A stretch of DNA of 64,000 nucleotides. Origin: Pachysolen tannophilus NRRL Y-2460. Taxonomy: Eukaryota. Of this stretch, positions 1 through 11,050 are shown in pieces (position 1 is the stretch's first letter; every line of letters begins with the position of its first letter). The stretch lies in the NCBI GenBank assembly GCA_001661245.1, contig KV454013.1, positions 1,086,502 to 1,150,501 on the forward strand. The letters are read 5' to 3'. The position numbers and the translations under genes are program-made. Below the pieces are notes generated by a model, which saw only the letters and a program-made list of their open reading frames with translations, did no database searches and had not been told where the DNA came from.

Positions 1-931
1 CTGAATCCAAAACCACTTTGAAAATGGCACCACCTAAATCTCCAGGTTCACTTGCAAGTTTATCAACATCATCTAGATGTAAATCAGCGCTTGTAACAAA
101 CAACTCATTAAAATTTTTACCTCCAATTATTGGACAAGTTACTCTTTTTGCAGGAAAGATAAATTTTTCCATTAATTTTCCTTCAAGATTGAATCTTAAA
201 ACTTTCCCTGTAGACCAGACAGCTGTATAAATATCACCATTCAGTGCCATGGCAAATCCATCTGGTTCTGGAGATTCATCTTCTGGGCAAAAATCTTTCA
301 TATTTATAAGAGGTTGCTTATTAGAAATTTCCCCAGTATTGGAATCATAATCAAATTTCCAAATTGTATAAGTACCACTATCAGTCCAATAAAACTTATT
401 ATCTTTCCAAGCCATACCATTTGGTATATAACAATTTTTAATTAAAGTATCAATTGAAAAATCTTTATGATTAACTCTATATTGAAATCCATTTGGTCCA
501 ACAGAAGGTTGATCAAAATTGTCCATTGTTCCAACCCAAAAATTCCCCTTATCATCAATTGATCCATCATTTGATCTTAAACTAATATTATATGTTTCAG
601 AGGGGAAAAATAATTTGTATTTAAATTCTTTTGTCTTAAAATTAACAAAACCAACTCCCTTTTGACAACCAACTATATAAATATCATTATCTGAAGTAAG
701 ACCAATCACACCACAAGAATCCTCAACTTTGACAACTTCATGAGTTGATAACATCTCTTTAACATTTTCTTCATCATTCAGCGGTAAAAAAACTCTATGT
801 ACTTCACCAGCTATAATATCAACCCATAGAAAAGAATGATTTAAATGATTATAAGTTGCACCTTCAGGTAATCTCGAACCTTTTAAACTAATAAATGGAA
901 CTTCAACTTTAACCAACTTGACTGAAGACAT
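1..931 (-). CDS. SMP-30/regucalcin/gluconolactonase family protein, 3' end runs off the window
   Basis: Not in the ORF track. Read by hand from ATG at 931: MSSVKLVKVEVP...LPEGATY...LWVDI...RSNDGSIDDKGNFWVGTM...IPNGMAW...FYWTDS...PDGFAM, which are the typical family motifs. Confidence 0.9.
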   Translation of the reverse strand, partial: MSSVKLVKVEVPFISLKGSRLPEGATYNHLNHSFLWVDIIAGEVHRVFLPLNDEENVKEMLSTHEVVKVEDSCGVIGLTSDNDIYIVGCQKGVGFVNFKTKEFKYKLFFPSETYNISLRSNDGSIDDKGNFWVGTMDNFDQPSVGPNGFQYRVNHKDFSIDTLIKNCYIPNGMAWKDNKFYWTDSGTYTIWKFDYDSNTGEISNKQPLINMKDFCPEDESPEPDGFAMALNGDIYTAVWSTGKVLRFNLEGKLMEKFIFPAKRVTCPIIGGKNFNELFVTSADLHLDDVDKLASEPGDLGGAIFKVVLDS

Positions 932-1366
932 CCTTCCCTTCTCAAACAAACTGATATTACAATTACAATTGGTAAATTCAAATGATTAAATTAAATAACT
1001 TTTACAAAAGATTTGATCCTTTATCTTTTACGCCTAAAAACAAAAAAAAAAATTATTTTAATTATTTACAACCAATTTGAAGATATAATAATAAGTTTTA
1101 ATACTAAAAGCTAATAATTGAAAATATGGAAACTAATTAAACTGAACGATATAGTAAATACGGATATGGAGTTAATCGATAGTAAACCCAAAGAAACAGC
1201 TAATAAAAGATATAAAGAAAGAAAAGAAAAGAAAAGAAAAGAAAAAAAAAACGAAAAGTATTAGTTAATTGTAATTAATTAAATTTTGATGAATGAAAAA
1301 AAAAAAAAAACACACACACAGATCACTTGTGATGGTGTCTTTTGTTAGTACTGTTTGAAGACCTAT

Positions 1367-2515
1367 TTATTCTTCTTCAATATCACCATCTCCTCTTTCG
1401 AGTCTTTGTTGGACGATTTCTTTTATTTCGTCATTACTTTCTAAAGGACCAAATTTTCTAAACAATTTAATATCTTGAGCAACGTTACTTGAACCTTTAG
1501 ATATTTTATTTTGGAAAATTGATTCAATTTTAGAAATATAATCATAATTTAATTTGAATTTGTTTAACTTTCTCATTTTTTCTAAAGTTAAAGCATTTTT
1601 TTCTTCTTGAGTTGTTGGGATTTTTGTATTAAAACCTTCATCTTTACCTAAATCAACACCTGTTCTTCTTAATCTTCTCAATAAACCAGATTTGTTGGCC
1701 TCAACAACACCACCAGCTTGTTTAATTTTTAATTCTCTATAATATTCCTTATATTCATCAATAGTTCCCTTTTTCGATCCAGTCCATCCAATTGATAATA
1801 ATTCATCTTTTGTAACATCCAGCTTTTTACCTATAATATCTAAAGGATTTAAAGAATAAGGATTAAATATACCAGAATACAAGAAACCAAACACAAATAA
1901 AACTTTTAATAAATGCAATGCAAAGAAAAAGCATTGTCTCGGTATTGAAATTATTTCAATAGTTTCCAGATATAAAGATTCACTTAATCCTTTATTATCC
2001 AATAAAACCAACGCCAAATAACTAAGTACTCTTGAAATTTGATTTGTTAAACAAATTCCTGGAGTTGGAGATATGAAATCAGGTAAATCTGTATATAACC
2101 AACCAAATAACAATGAAGCTATAGTAAAGACTCTAGCATTACTTACTTGCCAAACAGGAAATATTAATTGTCCTGGCCAACATTTTTCACCAAGAATATC
2201 CTCATTATCAACCTTAACCAAATAATTTTTTTTGCGATTATCAGCTTCATAAGAAAATAATAATCCACCATTCTCCGTTAAAAACCCAGGAGCTGTAGAA
2301 ACTTCAAATCCAATAGGATATTTATCATAAAAAATTGATGGAGTCAATTGAACAGGTAACGTTGAAAAAATCTTAAACAATGATTGAAAAGTTTCCGAAG
2401 ATTTAAAATTAAAACAATAATCTTTCTCCAAATCAGCATTCATTCTAACATATATTTCCAATATATCATTTTTCTTACCACCCTCCATGGTAACCTTTTC
2501 CTCAGATATCGACAT
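1367..2515 (-). CDS. GSF2: ER membrane glucose signalling factor Gsf2
   Basis: EIYVRMNADLEKDYCF, WLYTDLPDFISPTPGICLTNQ and IGWTGSK resemble Gsf2. First ATG at 2515. Confidence 0.85.
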   Translation of the reverse strand: MSISEEKVTMEGGKKNDILEIYVRMNADLEKDYCFNFKSSETFQSLFKIFSTLPVQLTPSIFYDKYPIGFEVSTAPGFLTENGGLLFSYEADNRKKNYLVKVDNEDILGEKCWPGQLIFPVWQVSNARVFTIASLLFGWLYTDLPDFISPTPGICLTNQISRVLSYLALVLLDNKGLSESLYLETIEIISIPRQCFFFALHLLKVLFVFGFLYSGIFNPYSLNPLDIIGKKLDVTKDELLSIGWTGSKKGTIDEYKEYYRELKIKQAGGVVEANKSGLLRRLRRTGVDLGKDEGFNTKIPTTQEEKNALTLEKMRKLNKFKLNYDYISKIESIFQNKISKGSSNVAQDIKLFRKFGPLESNDEIKEIVQQRLERGDGDIEEE

Positions 2516-2759
2516 ATTCTTACTTGAAATCAATTCAATAATTAAAAAATTGATTTCAACTAATTTATGGTATTAAATATATAAATGGCTCCATAAATAA
2601 TTTTTTATTTTTTCTATTTTATTTTTCACGGACATAAACATTTAATGTGTGGAGTAAAAAACCATTGAATTCCGAGGTACAAAAGTTATCATCAACTGAT
2701 ATATATTTATAATCATATTTATAATCATAATTATCTATCTATATATATATTTGCTATAT

Positions 2760-5700
2760 CTATACAGAGTTATCTTTGCCTTTTTCCTTTTCTCTTTCTT
2801 TTTCGTTCAAGTTTCTTAGTTTTTTGATGTGTTTGACTCTACGGGACCAGTTAGAAACGTATTTTCCTTCACTTATGTTCCAAACGTTTGAAAATTGGTT
2901 ACATACCAAGACCAAGTTTCTAATGAAAATGGATAATTTATCTTCTGAGATTATTTTAAAATGACAAGCTGAGAATATAGCCGGTATGAGTTTTTTCCTA
3001 TAAACTTTAACTTTGTAATATCTCTTTGTATCAGTTTCTTCGATATTGTTTTCGAGATAAGGTGAAGATGATACAACAATGGGTGAGATCACTATATTGA
3101 TGAAATTGAATTGACTCTTTATCACGTTGAAATTAAATGGAAGTCCGCTTTCATCGTAGTAGATGTTTACGTAATTGTTTCCAACATGTCTTTTCTTGTT
3201 GTACAAGAATTCATCATTAGCAAAATTGTTTGGCATTAAAGTAATAATATGGAAAACCATTTGATTAATCTTATCATTCCAAAAATAGGTGAATTTCCCA
3301 TCTGTTGCATTTGAACCAATATCTAAACCTCCAGTATAATTTTCAGTATTATTTAATAGATCAATCTTATAACCCAATTTGTTTAAAAATTTTAAATAAT
3401 TTTTTGAACCAACAGTATTAGATAAGATATCCAATTCTTTTGATTGATTTGGTCCAATATATATGATTCCTGCTTTATGAAATTCAATTATGGGTATCCT
3501 ATCAAGATTATTTATACCTCTTACAATTTGATCATTTCCACATAATAAAGTTGGTTTAATGTCATCATGTTCGTTAATGTTGTTTCCACTCCTAGTTATT
3601 AAATCATTATTATAAAATTCTGAAACAAAAAAATCCGGTGTAAAAAAATATTCTTTTAAAGTTGATAAATTTAAATCTTCAGTGGTAGCATTTACATGAC
3701 TACTAGAATAATGAAAGGAATTAATATACTCAGGTAACATTATTGGGTCCGGTTTAATTTTCAAAATCGTTATTCCCGATGGTTTCCTTATAACTATTGT
3801 TGAATGACCATTTTTCACGTTAGTTTCAATCGAAATTATACTGTATCCAAATATCCATCGCGATATCAAAATAGCGTCTTCTTCTTCTTCTTTTTCTTTT
3901 GTTAATACTTTTTCTTCTGCATTAATCTTATTCTGTTCTTCATGAGAGGAGAAATTTATCAATTTCAAATCGATATCTGAATATGTGAATCTAGATATCA
4001 AATCTAAAAAACCAACTATCTGATCATTATTATCCTCTTCATCTTCATTTTTATTTGAAAAAGATGTCAACAAGACTAAATTTCGTGTAATAAAAGGGGA
4101 TAGTTCTTTTCTTTCATCCATTTTCATTTTTAAAAACCAACTTGATATGACATTATAACATAATGCCAACAAATATTGTGAAATTGCAGCCGTTATTTCA
4201 TAAGTTTGAGTAGAAGGCAGATTCCCAACTTCCACATCTACACCATGTCTTTGAATTAATCTTTGATTTTCAATGGATTCCCCATTGCTATGTTCATTGA
4301 TTCTCATTAGCTTACCTTTATTATAATCATTCAAAAATTCGATAAATTTAAAACATATACCAAATATTCTTCTAAACTCCTCTATACTGAAATTTGTGAT
4401 TAATCCAGGTAAATGTGATAAGTTGATTAAAAATTCTAAAATATGAGGACTTGTAAATATAAAAGAAATTCTTATAGTTAAATTATTCAAAATTAATGAC
4501 AAGTATTTTTTGATACTTAATGGTAATTCGTAACAGCATAGGTTTAAGCAGTTTATCGCAGGAATGGCAGTTTTCTCCCATGATGTCAGCAAACACATAA
4601 TTAAAGAATTTATTAATTGATCTTGATCATTTTTAGTTAAAAATGAATTATACGGTATTAATGATGTTAGATTCCTTATGATACATACATGTAAATCAGC
4701 TCGTGTTACATTTGATGGCAAGTAAATATTTTTTGGTTTTTTAGTAGCTAATAAATTGCAAAATATCTCTTTCAACTTCAAGATAAAATTTTTATTCTTT
4801 TGCAATGATGATGGTGTTGATGATGTCAAAAAATAGTTTAGATTAGTCAATTGGGGACAGAAATGCGATAATATAAAAGAGTATATTTCTAAATGATAAA
4901 AATTTTCATAAACTTTTATGACAATATCCAACCATTTCCTAATATCTAAAATAAAGTCAGCATTATTATCTTTTTGATCATCAATTTTCAAAATCTTGGA
5001 TTGAATATTTATTAAAAAATCGGGAATATAATCAACTTTTTCTGGATAATACCAATCAAGAGTGTCTTTGTTAACACTAACTTCAGCATCTTTCCTATCA
5101 CTTTCGTATTCTTCAGAGAAATTTCGGTTAAAAGTAGCTGTTAATCCATCAATATCAAAAGGATGTGTTATAAAAATTTCATTTTCCTGAGTGAATCTTA
5201 ATCTAACCAAAGTTTTCGAAATACACAATAATAATTTATAATAATTCAAGTTACTGTTCAAATTATTTATAGCAAAATTTGAAATTTTAATTAAACAATC
5301 ATCGTAAATCTTCAAGCTTTTACTTCCATTGTTCAATTGGATTGATAATACAATAAAAATCTTACAAAGACTTTTAGTAATTAATAATAATAGTTCAAAT
5401 GGTACTTTGTTCAATGGGTCAGTTTTATTTGTAAAAGAACTTTGAAATGATCTTATACTTTTTTTCCTTTCTGTAATGTTGTACTCTGTGGTATACTCAT
5501 TGCTGAGTGATTGAGGATCACTAAATAAACTCATTATAACATTATCTATTAAATAGTTGAAAATATCATCGTTTTTCAAACCTAATGCAATTTCTTCAAA
5601 ATACACATTGATCAACTTTTCCAACACATCTATGTTTTTTTCAAAAACAATGTTTCCAAAAAACCAATTAATATATTTGAAATACAGTTCGTTGCTATAA

Positions 5701-7388
5701 CTAACATCATAATCATTTTGGAAAAAATCAAAACTTTCTTTTATCATTTCTAAAGACAATAGTTTAACATCAACGGAGAATTCACTATTTACTAAAATTG
5801 TTTCACTTATATAGTCACAGTTACTTACCCAGTTTCTATTAAACGGTAAGCAATTATAATTTTCCTTATAATGATTTAAAATAAAAATCATAATCTCATT
5901 GTTTTCTTGTGAAATTTCGGTTAAATTTGAAATGTAATCTTTAAGAAACTCCACTAGTTCATCTTTATCTCCTAAAAACCTATTATTTTGTATTAATTTC
6001 GTTAATTTTATTAAAAGTTTTGTGAATAAGGTTTTATTTTCATCTATTTGTTCTTTTAAATTGCCTTGATCGTTATTAATGAATACATTTTTCAGTAAAT
6101 TTCTCAAGATATGTAAAATAGAATAATCTTCTGAGAACCAATATTGAAATTTGAATACTTTGGAGTAATTTTTATCAGAAACTAATAATTCATTGAAAAA
6201 TTTCAACAAGTGAATAATTATTAGTGATTCCTTACATTGACTAGCAATTTCCAAATTTTCCAATATAGTATACATAGAGTTGTCTAATAAATCTCCAGAT
6301 ATATCATCTGAATCCAGAGCTGTCATTATGAATTTTTGTAAAAGCTGTATAGATCCAACAATGACGTAGTTGTTATTTCTTGTAGCATTACTTTTAATTA
6401 AATTTTGATCTTTCGATAGTATATTACATAAATTGTTTATTGTCAACTGGTGAAGGAAAACATTTCTAGTCAAATTTTCAAATATTTGCCAAACATAATC
6501 TTTTTCAATGTTATAAGAACCAGCTAAAACTTCTATTGTATTAGGAAATAATGCTAATGGTAAGATCCTATAGATTATTAAGATATCCATGAAGCTTAAA
6601 CAATTTTTTAAAATACATTTACTTGCTGTTATATTTGATAATAAAATAATTTCTTGTAAAAACTTGGTAACTTCACTTTCATCAAACATGCTAAAATTGA
6701 GTTTAAAACAATTTATAATAAATTTAATCAAATCATCAAGATTAACTTCAATAAACTTACTATTATCATAGTTTTTCACCAAGAGTCTTAAAGAAAAATA
6801 AAGAAAATCTATTAAAGAAATAGATTCATTTAAACAAAAATCTCTTATATCAGATCCATTATTAGTTAAGCATACCAATGCTTTTAAAAAAAAATTCAAA
6901 CTCTGATCTATAGAGTTGAAATCAGTAAAATCATTGCGACAGTATTGAATAATATCATTATAATAAGTTAACCTTATAGATACCGAATTAAGATCATCAT
7001 TCTTAATACAATTCTCTAATAATTTCAAAACAATCTCTCTATTTGACTCATTATTATCTTCAAGTAAATCTTTTGATGCATACCAAATCTCAGGAATTGA
7101 ACTAATGGAAAATTTATTTAATGAATCTGTCAATATTTTAATAGTCTCTAATCTTTCACTTATACTTCTATTTGATCTGTCTAATTTTTCAAATAATTCT
7201 TGTTGATTCGAAACTCCCCCAACAACTGTTGGATTTATCACTATTGGTAAAGATTTATATTTCTTATTATTACTCTTGGTTTTACTCGTGGTGAATGATC
7301 GGAACACATTTGTAAAACCTCCTATTGATCCTTTGCTACCATTATTACCAACACTAGATGCTGACTTTGTGTTATGATTCATAGCCAT
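2760..7388 (-). CDS. TSC2: Tuberin (Tsc2), Rheb GAP
   Basis: 1542 aa. C-terminal Rap-GAP domain (FHKAGIIYIG...YTGGLD...VFHIITLM...KKRHVGNNYVNIYY) preceded by a helical tuberin region. Confidence 0.85.
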   Translation of the reverse strand: MAMNHNTKSASSVGNNGSKGSIGGFTNVFRSFTTSKTKSNNKKYKSLPIVINPTVVGGVSNQQELFEKLDRSNRSISERLETIKILTDSLNKFSISSIPEIWYASKDLLEDNNESNREIVLKLLENCIKNDDLNSVSIRLTYYNDIIQYCRNDFTDFNSIDQSLNFFLKALVCLTNNGSDIRDFCLNESISLIDFLYFSLRLLVKNYDNSKFIEVNLDDLIKFIINCFKLNFSMFDESEVTKFLQEIILLSNITASKCILKNCLSFMDILIIYRILPLALFPNTIEVLAGSYNIEKDYVWQIFENLTRNVFLHQLTINNLCNILSKDQNLIKSNATRNNNYVIVGSIQLLQKFIMTALDSDDISGDLLDNSMYTILENLEIASQCKESLIIIHLLKFFNELLVSDKNYSKVFKFQYWFSEDYSILHILRNLLKNVFINNDQGNLKEQIDENKTLFTKLLIKLTKLIQNNRFLGDKDELVEFLKDYISNLTEISQENNEIMIFILNHYKENYNCLPFNRNWVSNCDYISETILVNSEFSVDVKLLSLEMIKESFDFFQNDYDVSYSNELYFKYINWFFGNIVFEKNIDVLEKLINVYFEEIALGLKNDDIFNYLIDNVIMSLFSDPQSLSNEYTTEYNITERKKSIRSFQSSFTNKTDPLNKVPFELLLLITKSLCKIFIVLSIQLNNGSKSLKIYDDCLIKISNFAINNLNSNLNYYKLLLCISKTLVRLRFTQENEIFITHPFDIDGLTATFNRNFSEEYESDRKDAEVSVNKDTLDWYYPEKVDYIPDFLINIQSKILKIDDQKDNNADFILDIRKWLDIVIKVYENFYHLEIYSFILSHFCPQLTNLNYFLTSSTPSSLQKNKNFILKLKEIFCNLLATKKPKNIYLPSNVTRADLHVCIIRNLTSLIPYNSFLTKNDQDQLINSLIMCLLTSWEKTAIPAINCLNLCCYELPLSIKKYLSLILNNLTIRISFIFTSPHILEFLINLSHLPGLITNFSIEEFRRIFGICFKFIEFLNDYNKGKLMRINEHSNGESIENQRLIQRHGVDVEVGNLPSTQTYEITAAISQYLLALCYNVISSWFLKMKMDERKELSPFITRNLVLLTSFSNKNEDEEDNNDQIVGFLDLISRFTYSDIDLKLINFSSHEEQNKINAEEKVLTKEKEEEEDAILISRWIFGYSIISIETNVKNGHSTIVIRKPSGITILKIKPDPIMLPEYINSFHYSSSHVNATTEDLNLSTLKEYFFTPDFFVSEFYNNDLITRSGNNINEHDDIKPTLLCGNDQIVRGINNLDRIPIIEFHKAGIIYIGPNQSKELDILSNTVGSKNYLKFLNKLGYKIDLLNNTENYTGGLDIGSNATDGKFTYFWNDKINQMVFHIITLMPNNFANDEFLYNKKRHVGNNYVNIYYDESGLPFNFNVIKSQFNFINIVISPIVVSSSPYLENNIEETDTKRYYKVKVYRKKLIPAIFSACHFKIISEDKLSIFIRNLVLVCNQFSNVWNISEGKYVSNWSRRVKHIKKLRNLNEKEREKEKGKDNSV

Positions 7389-7832
7389 TTTTGTACATCA
7401 GGTTTATTCATTATTCAATTTCATAAATACTAAATACCTTTTTGTATACAATTTTATGAAAAAACGCTTTAAAAATTATATGCACATTATGCAAAACGTT
7501 ATAAATTCAAATATTATTTTGATATATCAACATGAACATTGATTAGAAAACAAGTTTTATTTTTATTACAAGGGCAGATGGCGAATTCAGTTGTTGAGGG
7601 GTGGATTAGAAGATATGGAATTGTTGGTTTTTGGTTTTTGCTTTTTAAAAGAAATGAAGATAAAGTTGATATATCGTAAAAGCAGGAGTATTAAGGAGAT
7701 GTGAAAATATACATCAAGATTATTATTATAAATTGGTTGAAATCAGCTCTCAGGGAATTATGGTTTTTAAGTTGAAGGAAATGGTTATATTTTGCAGTTT
7801 TATTCTCGGAGGTTGAGAAGGTTGAGAAGGTG

Positions 7833-10403
7833 ATGAATAATATCGAAGATATGGCTCATAGATTTATGACTGCGGTCACTCCAATTGTCCGCAATGTGAA
7901 TTTCCATAATATTCTCTATGGAGTTGCTAGAACAACTGGATATTCGTTTATTTTCTCTAGTAGTTCCATGTTGATAAGCTTTGGGATATACCGTTTATTA
8001 TTTAGAAGTGCACATGAAGAGAGGCCACATTTTGAGACTGAAGATGAATATTGGCAGTACATGATTAGGAAGAATAATTCTTATTATAATGCAATGCCTA
8101 TGCCTAAAACTATACCGCCAGGAATTGAGTTCCCCATTCATATTAAACCTGAAAGTTCTTTTGAATTTATTAAAGAAAATCTTTTACGTTATTTATTTGA
8201 TAATTTTTCAGGAATTATTGTAGGTTTTCTTTTAGCTTTCTTACTTGCTTCTTTTAAAATTTTAGTTTGGAAGAAGAAGAAAAATATTAAATTAATCCTG
8301 AATGATTTTACAAAATTACAAAGAACTTATAAATTGAAATTAAATGAGATTGTGAAAGAGACTTCAAAGCTTTTAAAAAAATTTGAAAACTTCAATTATA
8401 ATACCAATAATATTGATGTTATTAATTCCAATTTTTTGGATTTTACAAACCAATTGAATGACAATTTTTTGATATTGAAAAACTTTATTATATCAAAATG
8501 TTATTTTTTGAAAACAAGCGCTTATGAACAGAATGCTAAAGATATTGATTTTGATTTTGAATTGGTTGAAGAATTTATGCAAAAAGTTGAAATTCAAACA
8601 AATAAATTTATTAAATCTTATATTGAAAAATCTATGAAATTATATTTACAGAAAAATAGAGAATTGTCAAAATATTTGGATAATTCAGATGATGATCTAA
8701 TTGAAATTAGTAGTCACAACTTGAAAGGTAACGAAAGGGAAAAAGAAGAAAAAAAAGAAGTTTTGAATGAAGATTTAAAGTCGATTAAAATTAATTCAAG
8801 TCCAGAAAAAAGCTTAAAACCGTTAACTTTGTCAAATTTGAAATCTTGTAATAGATTGTCAAAATCTCATCGTTCTCTTAGTCATTCACCGGGTAGTTAC
8901 AGTGGTAGTGGTGTACTTTCTCATATTCAACTATATTTTGATGATGATTCAAAAAATAGAACCAATGGTGCGGCATCAGGTATTTCCACTTCCACTCCAA
9001 TTCATAGCAGCCGAGATAGTGTTAGTGTCAATGCCACTGGTAGCTCTGATAATTTTATCAACATTTCCATGAACTCTCTTAATGAGTCAAGGGAGCTGAT
9101 TGACCAGTGTGAACAAAATATTTTTAAGATTGATTCTGAGTTAAAAAAATTAAAAGATAAAAGTAATTCAGTGCCACCAATAAGTGGTAATAGTAATGGT
9201 GTAAGAAAATTTGAAGATATTAATAAAGATTTGGAAATAAATGAATTGAGATTGAAAAATATTAAGTTTGATTTAATTAATGAAAGTTTACTTATTGATC
9301 AAAATGAAAAAATGGAAGATGAATATGCTCAGCTAAATTCCCCTACTCCAAAGTCTAAAAATGGTTTACAACAAGAAGTTTTTAAAGACTTGGTTACAGT
9401 TGATGAATTTAAAGATTTGAAAAAAGAGAATAAATTTTTGTTGAACAAATTAGAGTCATTAGAATTAAAGATTTCTGAACAAAAACAACAAATTTTTAAT
9501 AAAAACTCTGAATTTTTCAAGAATTTAGATTTCATTTTAAGTGATAAATTAAAACAAGAATTTAACCTTATAAATGAAAAATTGATTGAAAATAATTCTA
9601 TAACTCAAAGTAAAAATAATAAAAAAATTCAAGAATTTGGTCAAGATCTCAAGATATTGAATAATTTTAATAATTTCAATTTTTCAATAATCAAGAATTT
9701 AAATAAGAAAATTAATGAAGAATTATCATTAATTGAAAAAGACTTGATTTATGACTTACAATCAAGTTTCAAAGCCATTATTGGTAAATCTAGTTTTCTT
9801 GATGATTTAACTATCTTTGAATATACTGATACTGATATTATAAAAGCGTTAAATGATGCTAAACATAATGCGTTAAATGATTGTAATCTTTATTTTATCG
9901 AATATGCATGTTTTAGTGGAGGAAGTCAAGATATGATATTTGAAGATAAAATTACATTTGAACAAGATAAACTTTCTCATAATTGCAAAATTATAATAAG
10001 TCAAGTAATGTTTAAAGCTTTTAATAAAATTATAAATCAATTAAACAATTTTATCAAATTAGAAGAGAATTATAGCAATACTAATGATGGTAAAAATGGT
10101 GAAAAATTAAACCTATTGATACAATTTAAAAAACTACTTTTAGAATTTGAAAGCAAGATTATACCAGAAATTGTTCAATTAAACGAGAAAATTATAGGTA
10201 ATTTAATTACTGATTTTAAGAAACTTAACATTTACAAAAAATCATGTCTTGAAGTCTCATCCACAGGAACAACCTCAACCAAGAAAAAAGAATCCCAGTC
10301 TCCAATTAAAAAAGTCTACGATAAAGTCATTAGCTGTCTCTACGATGACTCACTAGAAAATGTATCCTCTGGAATTGGAGACATCAATAAAAACAAAACT
10401 GTC
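7833..10403 (+). CDS. Uncharacterised membrane-anchored coiled-coil protein; native last codons (LNPFEI*) inferred at 11050-11030 on the minus strand
   Basis: Long open frame with a hydrophobic segment (GIIVGFLLAFLLASFKILVW), a Ser-rich linker and K/E/N/L-rich heptads. As assembled it runs to 10475, but the last 23 aa look like the Pff1 C-terminus. Confidence 0.75.
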
Positions 10404-10475
10404 ACCCCAGATTATATTACTCTTACGAAAAGAACAACTGGCTTGGTGAATGTTAAAAGATACCTCGAATTATAA
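10404..10475 (+). CDS. PFF1: Displaced C-terminal 23 codons of PFF1 (inside inversion 1)
   Basis: TPDYITLTKRTTGLVNVKRYLEL* fits the recalled Pff1 ending (..EL.xY-x-P....T....GLV.V....L*), which is missing after IPAYDELLEY at 11051. Confidence 0.75.
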   Translation, partial: TPDYITLTKRTTGLVNVKRYLEL

Positions 10476-10849
10476 ACTACTTCAAAACTAAAACTAAATT
10501 GCTCATATGACCATTATTTATACCCTTGTTACCTTATTTGTTTTCCTATACTTTTTTTTTTATTATGATCTTAATATCCTAATTGTAAATTTACTAATGT
10601 TAATAATACTAATGGAAATAATATGACTTGACTTGAGATTTTATGTAGACACACAAGCGGTAAGCTTTTACCTTACCACACTGCAAACTATCACTGTTTA
10701 AGATAACACTTTAAGCGAGCGGTACTAATGTTATAAGCGGTACTAAAGAAAGAAAGAAAAAATAAGCACATAAAGGTAGTGTACTGAGCGCGAAATAAAC
10801 CAAAAGAGTAATAGTAAAAAGGAAAAAAAAAAAAAAAGAACGCCGATAT

Positions 10850-10942
10850 TGACATGGACAGGAATTGAACCTGCAACCTTTCGATGACACTGCCAGAAGT
10901 TTTCAATTGGAGTCGAAAGCTCTACCATTGAGCCACCACATC
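10850..10942 (-). tRNA. tRNA-Trp(CCA) with 21-nt intron (10886-10906)
   Basis: GATGTGGTGGCTCAATGGTAGAGCTTTCGACTCCAA-[intron]-ATCGAAAGGTTGCAGGTTCAATTCCTGTCCATGTCA. Acceptor stem pairs, A and B boxes present, oligo-T terminator at about 10837-10823. Confidence 0.95.
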
Positions 10943-11050
10943 ATTCGGTAATGCAATCGGAAAATATAAGTGTTAATATTAGTTTGGGATTATAGGTAGC
11001 TTGGTAACTTTGCAACTTAGTAACTTAGATTAAATTTCAAATGGGTTCAA

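Larger units (their letters stand above)
10404..11050. other. Inverted segment 1 (about 647 bp; breakpoints uncertain by about 3 nt)
   Basis: Swaps the 3' ends of the convergent orphan ORF and PFF1; contains the tRNA-Trp gene. Confidence 0.7.

Noticed and set aside
10691..10928. Short ORFs of 61 and 71 aa
   Set aside because: They overlap the tRNA-Trp gene and its poly-T terminator.
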